A stretch of DNA of 64,000 nt from a virus (Duplodnaviria; Caudoviricetes), in IMG/VR virus record IMGVR_UViG_3300037847_002819, positions 31,890 through 95,889 of that record. One strand, 5' to 3'. A model generated the notes under the pieces. It had not been told where the DNA came from, made no database searches, and saw nothing but the letters and a program-made list of their open reading frames with translations. Numbering within the stretch: position 1 is the stretch's first letter; each line of letters begins with the position of its first letter. The translations under genes and the position numbers were made by a program. Positions 16,597 to 25,138 of the stretch are shown here, piece after piece.

Positions 16597-16598
16597 AG

Positions 16599-18461
16599 AT
16601 GTCAAATACAGCAATAGAAACATTGTCTGATATTACAGTGCATATGAAATATGCAAGGTATTTACCAGCAAAGAAAAGAAGAGAAACTTGGAATGAAATA
16701 GTTGAAAGAAACAGAAATATGCATATTAAAAAATATCCAGAATTAACAGAAGAAATAGGTGAAATATATGAAAAATTCGTCAAAACAAAGAAAATCCTCC
16801 CTTCTATGCGGTCTATGCAATTTGGGGGCAAACCTATCGAAATTAGTCCAAATAGGGTTTATAATTGCGCTTATATGCCTATTGATTCCCTTTTATCTTT
16901 TAGCGAGGCTATGTTCCTACTTCTCGGTGGAACGGGGGTTGGATATTCAGTCCAACGCCATCATATTGAGCAATTACCGGAAATCATTCAACCTAATCCC
17001 GAAAGAAAACGCAGGTATCTTATTAGTGATTCTATTGAAGGATGGGCTGATTCAATTAAAATCCTTTTGGAGTGTTATACCGGAAATAGGAGTAGTAGTC
17101 CTATTTTTGATTATTCTGATATTAGACCAAAAGGAAGCCTATTAAGGACTAGTGGCGGAAAAGCGCCGGGTTTTCAGCCATTAAGGGAATGTTTAGTTAA
17201 AATAGAAGGAATGCTTCAAAATAAAAATAATGGCTCTAAATTAGATTCAATTGAAGCACATGATATTATGTGTTATTTAGCAGATGCAGTATTAGCAGGT
17301 GGTATTAGGAGAGCCGCTATGATTAGTTTATTTAGTGCAGATGATTCTAAAATGATTAGTTGTAAGTCTGGTAATTGGTGGGAAAATAATCCACAAAGAG
17401 GTCGTGCAAATAATTCAGCAGTTATTCTTAGACATAGAGTGACTAAAGACTTCTTTATGGGTCTATGGGAAAGAATACAACATAGTGGTAGTGGTGAACC
17501 GGCAGTTTATTTCAGTAATGATAAAGATTGGGGAACAAACCCATGTTGTGAAATTGCTTTGCGACCATATCAGTTTTGTAATCTAACAGAAGTAAATGCT
17601 TCTGATATTACAGACCAAGCAGATTTAGAAGCAAGAGTAAAAGCGGCTTCATTCATAGGAACGCTTCAAGCAGGTTATACTGATTTCCATTACCTTAGAG
17701 AAATATGGAAAAAGAACACTGAAAAAGATTCTTTGCTCGGTGTATCTATGACAGGTATTGCTTCTAATGTTGTTGAACCTTTAGATTTAGAAATGGCTTC
17801 GTTTGCCGCTAAACAGGAAAACAAGAGGATTTCTAAAATCATTGGTGTAAAACCTGCGGCTAGAATTACTTGTGTAAAACCTGCTGGAACTACTTCTCTC
17901 GTTTTAGGAACAAGTAGTGGTATTCATGCTTGGCACGACAATTATTACATTCGAAGAATTAGAGTAGGTAAGAATGAAGCAATCTATTCTTATCTATCAT
18001 CTAATCATCCGGAATTGGTTGAAGATGAATACTTCAATCCGGAGGAACAAGCAGTTATTTCTATTCCTCAAAAGTCTCCCGATGATGCTATCACAAGACA
18101 TGAATCAGTATTTGATTTATTGGAGCGTGTTAAGAATTTTAGTATTCGTTGGGTTAGAACAGGCCATATTGATGGTTTGAATAGCCATAATGTGTCTGCA
18201 ACAATATCTGTTAAAGATGATGAATGGGATGATGTTGGCGAATGGTTATGGATGAATAGACACTACTACAATGGTTTGTCTGTATTACCTTATGATGGAG
18301 GAACATACAAACAAGCACCATTTGAAACAATAGATAAGGAAACATATGATGAAATGATGTTAGCCTTAACTAAGATTGATTTAACTAAAATTACCGAAGA
18401 ACAAGACGATACTAACTTAACAGGCGAATTGGCTTGTGCTGGTGGGGCTTGTGAAATCTAG
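16599..18461 (+). CDS. nrdJ: class II (adenosylcobalamin-dependent) monomeric ribonucleoside-triphosphate reductase
   Basis: YNC, GGTGVG, GGIRRAA, TNPCCEI, CNLTE, TCVKPAGT and C-terminal CAGGACEI. Confidence 0.92.
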   Translation: MSNTAIETLSDITVHMKYARYLPAKKRRETWNEIVERNRNMHIKKYPELTEEIGEIYEKFVKTKKILPSMRSMQFGGKPIEISPNRVYNCAYMPIDSLLSFSEAMFLLLGGTGVGYSVQRHHIEQLPEIIQPNPERKRRYLISDSIEGWADSIKILLECYTGNRSSSPIFDYSDIRPKGSLLRTSGGKAPGFQPLRECLVKIEGMLQNKNNGSKLDSIEAHDIMCYLADAVLAGGIRRAAMISLFSADDSKMISCKSGNWWENNPQRGRANNSAVILRHRVTKDFFMGLWERIQHSGSGEPAVYFSNDKDWGTNPCCEIALRPYQFCNLTEVNASDITDQADLEARVKAASFIGTLQAGYTDFHYLREIWKKNTEKDSLLGVSMTGIASNVVEPLDLEMASFAAKQENKRISKIIGVKPAARITCVKPAGTTSLVLGTSSGIHAWHDNYYIRRIRVGKNEAIYSYLSSNHPELVEDEYFNPEEQAVISIPQKSPDDAITRHESVFDLLERVKNFSIRWVRTGHIDGLNSHNVSATISVKDDEWDDVGEWLWMNRHYYNGLSVLPYDGGTYKQAPFETIDKETYDEMMLALTKIDLTKITEEQDDTNLTGELACAGGACEI

Positions 18462-18469
18462 GTGATTAG

Positions 18470-18814
18470 ATGAAAACTCGCAGGATTCGGCCTATCCGTC
18501 ATTTGAGTTTTGATGACTTTGTAAGAGTCATTATTTCTTATGATGATGTATGGTCTAATTCTGCGAAAAAGAAGATTAAATTAGCACTTGACGCTTGTGC
18601 AGGTTTAGAAGATGAAACAGACAAAAAGTATAGACTTTGGCAGACTGTTAAAATAGTATTATGGGAAATACCCGAAGCGGTGGAAAGAGGCTTTGCTGAC
18701 TATGCTAGAAAAGCATTTGCAGAAAGACATGAAGCCCTTCAATACCATAATAAAAACCAAACTGATTTCTATAATAATTATATTTACGGAATAATGAAAG
18801 GGTGGTATAAATGA
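18470..18814 (+). CDS. hypothetical protein
   Basis: AGGTGA RBS. Confidence 0.7.
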   Translation: MKTRRIRPIRHLSFDDFVRVIISYDDVWSNSAKKKIKLALDACAGLEDETDKKYRLWQTVKIVLWEIPEAVERGFADYARKAFAERHEALQYHNKNQTDFYNNYIYGIMKGWYK

Positions 18815-18982
18815 AAGAAAAAGACCCCGAATATACAAAGAGTCATTGGTCGTATAAAAAAAGAGTCGCTACTAAATGTAGGATTTGTGGAGGCCAACTG
18901 CTTTTACCGGAAGATATGAAAAAAGAAATTCACAAAGAATGTGTTAATAATATAAATGATAATAGTTATATGATGTGATAAA

Positions 18983-20230
18983 ATGAATGAATTAAAAATA
19001 AGAATACGAAGACCTGACGATTCCCAAGAATTTTGGAGAACAACGATTAAAAGTAATTTGATTAAATCGGCATACGATGTTCAAATTCAATCTAATAGAA
19101 ATGCGAAAGACCCTGTTCATTCTGCTATTACGACTTTCTTTTCTAGTAACTTAAAATCTTCAAGAGGATATTATAATAGACACTATAAATATATGAGATT
19201 ACCTTCACAGGACTTCAACGAAGTTATTGATATTGGAGGTTGTTTGATAGCATTAGGAAGAAGGGGTAATAGATATACTCTAAATGGTAAAACGGAAAGT
19301 TTGCATACTATTGCTTCTGCTTTGGCTAGAGTTACTTTCAAGTCCTGTTTTGAAAAAGATGTGGCTAAACTAATGAAAGGACTGTATGCTACTCTAAGTA
19401 TTCCCGAAGATGTAAAGTATTGTTTAGAGAATAGAGTGCCATTTCATTTCTTCGATAATTTTCAGAAAACCGAAGTTAGATTGAATTGTCAACAGATTAG
19501 CGATAGCGAAGTTGCAATTGAAGTTAGTGATGGAGTTTGGGGAACAATGACTAATAAAGAATTAGAATCCTTCTGTGCTTTTTATCTTCATGGTAAAAAG
19601 AGAAGTAAAAAATGGATGTTTTGTTCTCCTGAGATTCTTTATGAAAGAACAGTAGGAGTTAAACCAAAAATTTCAGATAGAAAACTAATGATTGAATTTC
19701 TAAAGCAAAATAGACAACAGGATATTGTCGAAGATAGGGCTAAGTTATTGGTTAAAGAAACGGCAGAAAAATATCCCGACAGAATCAAAGTCGTTTATGA
19801 TGATGATAAAGAAGTATCAGCCATGTATGTTCGTGGAAAAGGTTGGGATTGGAAACTTACTAACACTAAATTCAAATCAGATATTCAGATGGTTTCGACA
19901 TTTGTTTACTCAACACCCGATACTGATGAATACTTCGCACAAAGAATTGAGAAGTGGGAAGAAGAATGTTTGGGAATTAATAATGATGCTGTTAATAATG
20001 GTTCTGAAGAAGAAATTAAATTACCGCCAAAACCAACTAATGAACCTCAATGGAAAGGGCCGATTTGTATTGATAATATGTCTGGTGGTTCTTCTTTAGG
20101 CGACCAATTTGTAGCAAGAGCATTAGCACTTCTTAATGATACTTTAACAGTAAAAATAGTTAACACGATTAAAAGGTATATATGTAATGATGAAAATAGT
20201 ATAAGAGTTGATTTTGATGAAATGCAGTGA
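18983..20230 (+). CDS. hypothetical protein with C-terminal VRG...ICI...GD...ALALLND domain
   Basis: Long ORF; C-terminal pattern resembles a domain found at the end of DUF4132-type proteins (from memory, unverified). Confidence 0.75.
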   Translation: MNELKIRIRRPDDSQEFWRTTIKSNLIKSAYDVQIQSNRNAKDPVHSAITTFFSSNLKSSRGYYNRHYKYMRLPSQDFNEVIDIGGCLIALGRRGNRYTLNGKTESLHTIASALARVTFKSCFEKDVAKLMKGLYATLSIPEDVKYCLENRVPFHFFDNFQKTEVRLNCQQISDSEVAIEVSDGVWGTMTNKELESFCAFYLHGKKRSKKWMFCSPEILYERTVGVKPKISDRKLMIEFLKQNRQQDIVEDRAKLLVKETAEKYPDRIKVVYDDDKEVSAMYVRGKGWDWKLTNTKFKSDIQMVSTFVYSTPDTDEYFAQRIEKWEEECLGINNDAVNNGSEEEIKLPPKPTNEPQWKGPICIDNMSGGSSLGDQFVARALALLNDTLTVKIVNTIKRYICNDENSIRVDFDEMQ

Positions 20231-21116
20231 ATGTGGTTGTTTAGTCTTTAATTATAATGAAAGACTAGGAGAGACAGAATGTAGTGATTGCGGATTAGTA
20301 ATCGTAACAGATTTGTTTGAAGAAAGTGTCAGAATGATAGATGATGGAAAGGTTGTCCATTCTGCTGAAAGGGGAGAATTAGGTTCTGTAATAACAGGAA
20401 AGGGTTCGTTTAAGTTTAATAGAAGAGGTAACAATAATGTTATTCCTAGACATATTACTGCTGGTTTGCAGACTTGTAATATGATTCTATCTTCTATCCA
20501 AATAAACCATCCTCTTAAAGATAGAGTTAAGGAATGTTACTTAGAAGCACAAAAGAAAGGTTTGTTTGGAAAAATCAAACTAGAGGCTAGATGCACTGCT
20601 ACTGTCTTCTATGTTCTGAAAGAAAATAGAACACCTGTTCCTATGAAAAAATTATGTTCTGAATATTCGTGTTCAACTAAAGTAGTGAATAGATTAGTGC
20701 GGAAAATGATTCACCACTTCAAAAGTAAGAATATACTTTATGGAGCAGACCCCTCTTTTATGTTAAAGCAGACCTGTTCTAGAATAACAGATGATGTAAT
20801 GTTTTATTCTAATGCTATGGATTTGATGTTAAAGTTAGAACCTATCATAGAAGACCATTGTTATCATAAATCAAAGGCATATTACGCAAGTGTATGTTGG
20901 GTGGCGACAAATATGTTTAGATATTATGGTGTAACTAAGAATGATATTTCTGAAAGCACAGATATTTCCTTATCAGCAATAGGAAAGACAAGTAAAAAAT
21001 TAATCCAAATGTTAGGATTCGATAAAATGTCCGAAATTAAAGGGCGAGATATAATAGAATATGGTGATATAAATGACAATAAGAATGAGAGATGTAATAC
21101 CGACAAGCGAGCATAG
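20217..21116 (+). CDS. tfb: transcription initiation factor B (TFB/TFIIB)-like protein
   Basis: N-terminal Zn ribbon CSEC...GETECSDCGLV followed by two cyclin-fold-like helical repeats. Confidence 0.85.
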   Translation: MKCSECGCLVFNYNERLGETECSDCGLVIVTDLFEESVRMIDDGKVVHSAERGELGSVITGKGSFKFNRRGNNNVIPRHITAGLQTCNMILSSIQINHPLKDRVKECYLEAQKKGLFGKIKLEARCTATVFYVLKENRTPVPMKKLCSEYSCSTKVVNRLVRKMIHHFKSKNILYGADPSFMLKQTCSRITDDVMFYSNAMDLMLKLEPIIEDHCYHKSKAYYASVCWVATNMFRYYGVTKNDISESTDISLSAIGKTSKKLIQMLGFDKMSEIKGRDIIEYGDINDNKNERCNTDKRA

Positions 21117-21248
21117 ATATTGGAAAAAGGATTTTCTAAATACTTATGTGACTACCAATAATAAAAGAAAAGAGTATTGTAAATATCAAACTCTTTTGGG
21201 TCGTAAAGACTCGTTTAAGATATATGAAGAAGCAAGGAGGAAGTTTAA

Positions 21249-21884
21249 GTGAATATATTTGCACTATCAAGAAATCCGCAAGAAGCGGCACTAGAAATGT
21301 TAGACAAGCACATAGTTAAAATGCCAACGGAAACTTGCCAAATGTTACATACAAATGTTTTGTATTTTGACTACATTGAACATTATGGTGAAGAACCTAC
21401 TTTAGCGCAAGTAAAGCAGTTTCATAGAGATATTAATTCAAAACTAATGAAACCTGCTATGTTGAATCATCCTTCAACAATATGGGCTAGACAGAACCCT
21501 CATAATACTCGATGGTTATATGAGCATGGTAAAGCATTATGTGAAGAATATACCTATCGCTACGGCAAGGTTCATGGTTCGCAATCTAGAATATTAGATA
21601 TAGCATATACGATTGATGAAGATTCTAATTGGTCGTTTGCTACACCTGTAACTATTGCTATGGATGATAAGTATAGATTAGTCAAAGATAACAGGATTCC
21701 CGATTGGGACTTCGTAATTAATAGTTACAGACATTATTACCTTCAAGGTAAATGGAGGTTTGCTGAATGGAGGGCAAATAGAATGCCAACATGGTGGCCT
21801 AAAGACCACTACAAAAACAAATACAATGAAGGAATAGACAATTATAATAAAAGATGGAATGCAAAATTGGAGAGATTAGAATGA
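21249..21884 (+). CDS. pyrimidine-dimer DNA glycosylase (T4 endonuclease V-like family)
   Basis: MNIF, DKHIVKM..E..QML, NHPSTIWAR, EY..RYGK.H, YR.YY motifs. Confidence 0.8.
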   Translation: MNIFALSRNPQEAALEMLDKHIVKMPTETCQMLHTNVLYFDYIEHYGEEPTLAQVKQFHRDINSKLMKPAMLNHPSTIWARQNPHNTRWLYEHGKALCEEYTYRYGKVHGSQSRILDIAYTIDEDSNWSFATPVTIAMDDKYRLVKDNRIPDWDFVINSYRHYYLQGKWRFAEWRANRMPTWWPKDHYKNKYNEGIDNYNKRWNAKLERLE

Positions 21885-22441
21885 AGAGAAAAATATTGAT
21901 TATAGGAGTGGGTGGTATTGGGAGTTTCCTAGTGCCACTATTAGATAAAGTAGGAATGTATGATATTTCAGTGGCAGACCCCGATAAGGTCGAAACTAAG
22001 AATTTAACATATCAAAACTTTACAGAAGAAGATGTTAATTTTCACAAAGTAAGTAGGATGAATGCTCGATATAATAGTGTTAATAATGCGAGCAAATTTC
22101 CTATCCTAACTTCTAAACAAATGCAAGGATATGATTTAGTCGTATGTTGTGTTGATAATTTATCAGTTAGAAGAACCTTGTATAATTCAAATATTAAATG
22201 GTTGGATTTAAGAGCGCAAGGTCGTAATGGGGCTTTCGTTACTTCTGATGCAGACCCTAAAATGTATGATTCTTTATTAGCAGGGCCAGATGGTTCATTT
22301 TCTTGTCAAGGAAATTCATGGGATGGTAGCAATAGTGGCGTTCATTTCATGCAAGTTGTTATTGCAGGTATTGGCGCACAATGGATTCAAAGATGGTTTA
22401 ACAAAGAAGATGTAAAATCCTTTATGGTAATTAATGTATAG
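21881..22441 (+). CDS. ThiF/MoeB/E1-like adenylating enzyme
   Basis: ILIIGVGGIGS, DPDKVETKNL..Q, KV, DLVVCCVDN..RR; candidate catalytic Cys in FSCQ; no CxxC zinc pairs. Confidence 0.9.
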   Translation: MKRKILIIGVGGIGSFLVPLLDKVGMYDISVADPDKVETKNLTYQNFTEEDVNFHKVSRMNARYNSVNNASKFPILTSKQMQGYDLVVCCVDNLSVRRTLYNSNIKWLDLRAQGRNGAFVTSDADPKMYDSLLAGPDGSFSCQGNSWDGSNSGVHFMQVVIAGIGAQWIQRWFNKEDVKSFMVINV

Positions 22442-22452
22442 GAGGAATAAAA

Positions 22453-23532
22453 ATGAAAGGAGAGAAATGGACAACAGGACAAATAATGAGAGGCGCATAT
22501 TTGCGCTTAGTGGAAAAAAGAACTTGGCCGCAAATTAAAACACAGATGGAAAAAGAAGGCTTTCCTGTTAGAAGTGTTGATAATTATGGTGCTACAATTA
22601 GAAGATGTATCAATCAATATAACATATCTTTTGATGATGAACCTAAAACAAGTGATTGGAGAAGTGACCCTGCCACAAGAAAACAATGCAGGTATATTGC
22701 TTCTATGACACTACCCGATGGTAAAAATAGCGAAATCACTAAATTAACAAATGAGTTAATAGAAGCCTCAAAGCGTGGTGAATTTGATAAAGAGGCCGCT
22801 AATGAGCAGATTAAACTATTAGAAACTACTCTATTAGAGGCTCAATCTTTCAATGTTAAAGCGAAGAATAATACTAACTTGTTATACAGTGGTGTTGCTA
22901 CCCGTTGGACTCCAAAAGAAGATGCTCTTTTGGTTAATTGGATGAATGAGCATAAAGACGGAGAACAGGGTTTTCCTCCTAATCTGAATAGAACCCCTAG
23001 AGCGTGTCGTGAAAGATGGTTGAGAAGCCTAAAACATCTAACTCCTTCTATTAAGACTGTTAGAAAGAATGGCACATATACTCTTCAAGATGAAACACCT
23101 TTGGAGCAAACATTGGTGTATTATGAAGAACCTAAGAATACAAGTAAAAGACCTAAAAATTGGACTCGCTTGAATAATGAAAGTATTGAATATCCTAATA
23201 CTAACAAACCGTGGACATATGATGAATCATTAGAAGCATTGGTAATGTGGCATTCTATGTCAATTGATGATGCGAGAGAAAAGTTTGGTCGCCCATATTG
23301 GGTGATAGCAAAACATATCGAGAAGCATTTTGATTTTACATATGCTGAAAGTAAATCGTTGCTTATGGAGGCCGCAGGTATCAAGAATCAATTAGAGGCT
23401 AATAAGTTAGCAGAAAAGAAACCTTCGCTTAGGAAGCGTTGGAGAGACAAGAGAAACGCTAAAAAGCAAAGGCGACTAGAGAAGAAACTAGCAAAGACCC
23501 AAAGAAAATTGGAGAAGATGGAGTTGGAATAA
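22453..23532 (+). CDS. Myb/SANT-repeat-containing putative DNA-binding protein
   Basis: RWTPKEDALL...RTPRACRERW; further KWT and PWTYDE repeats; basic C-terminus. Confidence 0.7.
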   Translation: MKGEKWTTGQIMRGAYLRLVEKRTWPQIKTQMEKEGFPVRSVDNYGATIRRCINQYNISFDDEPKTSDWRSDPATRKQCRYIASMTLPDGKNSEITKLTNELIEASKRGEFDKEAANEQIKLLETTLLEAQSFNVKAKNNTNLLYSGVATRWTPKEDALLVNWMNEHKDGEQGFPPNLNRTPRACRERWLRSLKHLTPSIKTVRKNGTYTLQDETPLEQTLVYYEEPKNTSKRPKNWTRLNNESIEYPNTNKPWTYDESLEALVMWHSMSIDDAREKFGRPYWVIAKHIEKHFDFTYAESKSLLMEAAGIKNQLEANKLAEKKPSLRKRWRDKRNAKKQRRLEKKLAKTQRKLEKMELE

Positions 23533-24021
23533 ATGAATGGTAAATTTAATACAGTAATGAAAAGAATAGATTTAGAAGCAAATAGATTAAAGGCTGAATT
23601 ATACATAGATGCTTATTATGAACAAGGTATGGAAATAAAAGATTTATTTGAACATATTTGGTTTGCTTCAACAGAAATACTGAATGGTTTAGAGGTTCAA
23701 GTTGTTATTGATTCTAATGACGCTATTCATATTTCGTCAGGTTCAGCAGGTTATGTTGATTTTCAAATTGACCCTGTTGGAATGAAATTACCGATTAAGT
23801 GCTGGATTCACACACACCCATTCGGTAGTGCTTATTTCAGTGGAACTGATATTAGAACAGTTAGTATTTGGCAACCATTAATGAAGACTGCTTATGTGTT
23901 AGGTGGAGATGGGCATTATGGTTCTTGGAATCAAAAAGAACCTTATCTATTAGATATATACCGTAACCATGAATATGAAAGAACACAAGTTTGGGTTAGA
24001 AAAGGAGATGAAGAAGAATGA
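23533..24021 (+). CDS. JAB1/MPN+ (JAMM) metalloprotease
   Basis: N-terminal Glu (LEVQ) and WIHTHPFGSAYFSGTD, matching HxH...S..D. Confidence 0.88.
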   Translation: MNGKFNTVMKRIDLEANRLKAELYIDAYYEQGMEIKDLFEHIWFASTEILNGLEVQVVIDSNDAIHISSGSAGYVDFQIDPVGMKLPIKCWIHTHPFGSAYFSGTDIRTVSIWQPLMKTAYVLGGDGHYGSWNQKEPYLLDIYRNHEYERTQVWVRKGDEEE

Positions 24022-24332
24022 GATTTAGAAGAATTAAAAGTGGAAATAATGCAATTAGACAATACAAAGGAAAGCCGTTCAATAAAGAAACGCAGTATGG
24101 CGAATCGGATGCTAAGGCAGTCGCTAGAATAACTCTAAGTGAAAGAAAGCGAAGACATATGTCAAAACACCCTAATGATGAAAATACTACTAATCCAAAC
24201 AAGGGAGTTTATTGGGGCAAGAAAGGTAAGTCTCACAAAGACTTAATGGAATTCCATAAGAATCATATTTGGACATATATTGATGCTGATATGAATAAGG
24301 GATGGGTTAACATCAGTGGTGAAGAAGAATGA
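24018..24332 (+). CDS. basic hypothetical protein
   Basis: ATGA-coupled ORF. Confidence 0.7.
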   Translation: MRFRRIKSGNNAIRQYKGKPFNKETQYGESDAKAVARITLSERKRRHMSKHPNDENTTNPNKGVYWGKKGKSHKDLMEFHKNHIWTYIDADMNKGWVNISGEEE

Positions 24333-24601
24333 TACAATGGATGCTTAGGAAGACAATATGGTTTATGGGTCTTGTTTATGTTACATTAGACAAGTTTGTA
24401 AAATATGAAGATAGTGATAAAATCTTAGGTATTAAGATTGATGATGATTTTCAAAGAATGACAAGAAGAGAATTATGTAATTATGTCGAATTTAAGTTTG
24501 GCTGGGATGAAGGTTCTTTTTGGGGATTGCAGTCCACACAGAAAATTAGAGTATGTTGCCAAGTGGCAAGAAATAATAGATTCAAAGGTGAAGAAGAATG
24601 A
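24329..24601 (+). CDS. hypothetical protein
   Basis: ATGA-coupled ORF. Confidence 0.7.
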   Translation: MIQWMLRKTIWFMGLVYVTLDKFVKYEDSDKILGIKIDDDFQRMTRRELCNYVEFKFGWDEGSFWGLQSTQKIRVCCQVARNNRFKGEEE

Positions 24602-24777
24602 ATACAAAAGTAAAGGCAGAAGTGTTAGATGAAATAATAAGTTATTTGGATATTATGAGAGAGAACAGTCAACATCATCAAGATGAATATGACGCTATTC
24701 AGTTTTTGCTAAATAACAGAACAAAAACAATTTGGCAGTTGCCATTTGAAATAACCCCTTTAGGTGATGCGGAATGA
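24598..24777 (+). CDS. 59-aa hypothetical protein (MNTKVKAEVLDE...)
   Basis: Manually found; ATGA overlaps at both ends. Confidence 0.6.
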   Translation: MNTKVKAEVLDEIISYLDIMRENSQHHQDEYDAIQFLLNNRTKTIWQLPFEITPLGDAE

Positions 24778-24989
24778 AAGCAGTAGGAGAATATGTAATT
24801 GTAAAAATAGAAGAAACAAAAAGCGAAAGTGGTATTTTAACTAAAGCCGCTAATCAAGGAAGAGTGATAGATTGTAAGGTTGATACTAGCCTTAGAGATA
24901 AGATTGTTCTTTTTAACGATAAGAGAGACTATACAAGACAAAACGATATTTTGTTTATTCCCTATGAGTTTATCTTGGCGGTGGTATAA
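24774..24989 (+). CDS. groES: GroES/Cpn10-like co-chaperonin (short)
   Basis: MKAVGEYVIVK..ETKSESGIL and terminal ILAVV; upstream of GroEL. Confidence 0.8.
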   Translation: MKAVGEYVIVKIEETKSESGILTKAANQGRVIDCKVDTSLRDKIVLFNDKRDYTRQNDILFIPYEFILAVV

Positions 24990-25138
24990 TGTGCGATAAT
25001 TGCGGTCAAAATGCAACTAGATACAAAGCGTTTGGTGCTACCGGCTGGAGATATTTTTGTAGTGAAAGATGCTACGCTAGATTTAATGCTATGCCTATTC
25101 AAGAAGAAGGATATTATGGATTGGAGAGATTAGAATGA
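24989..25138 (+). CDS. small Zn-finger protein (CDNC...FCSERC, TRASH-like)
   Basis: Manually found; coupled overlaps. Confidence 0.55.
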   Translation: MCDNCGQNATRYKAFGATGWRYFCSERCYARFNAMPIQEEGYYGLERLE

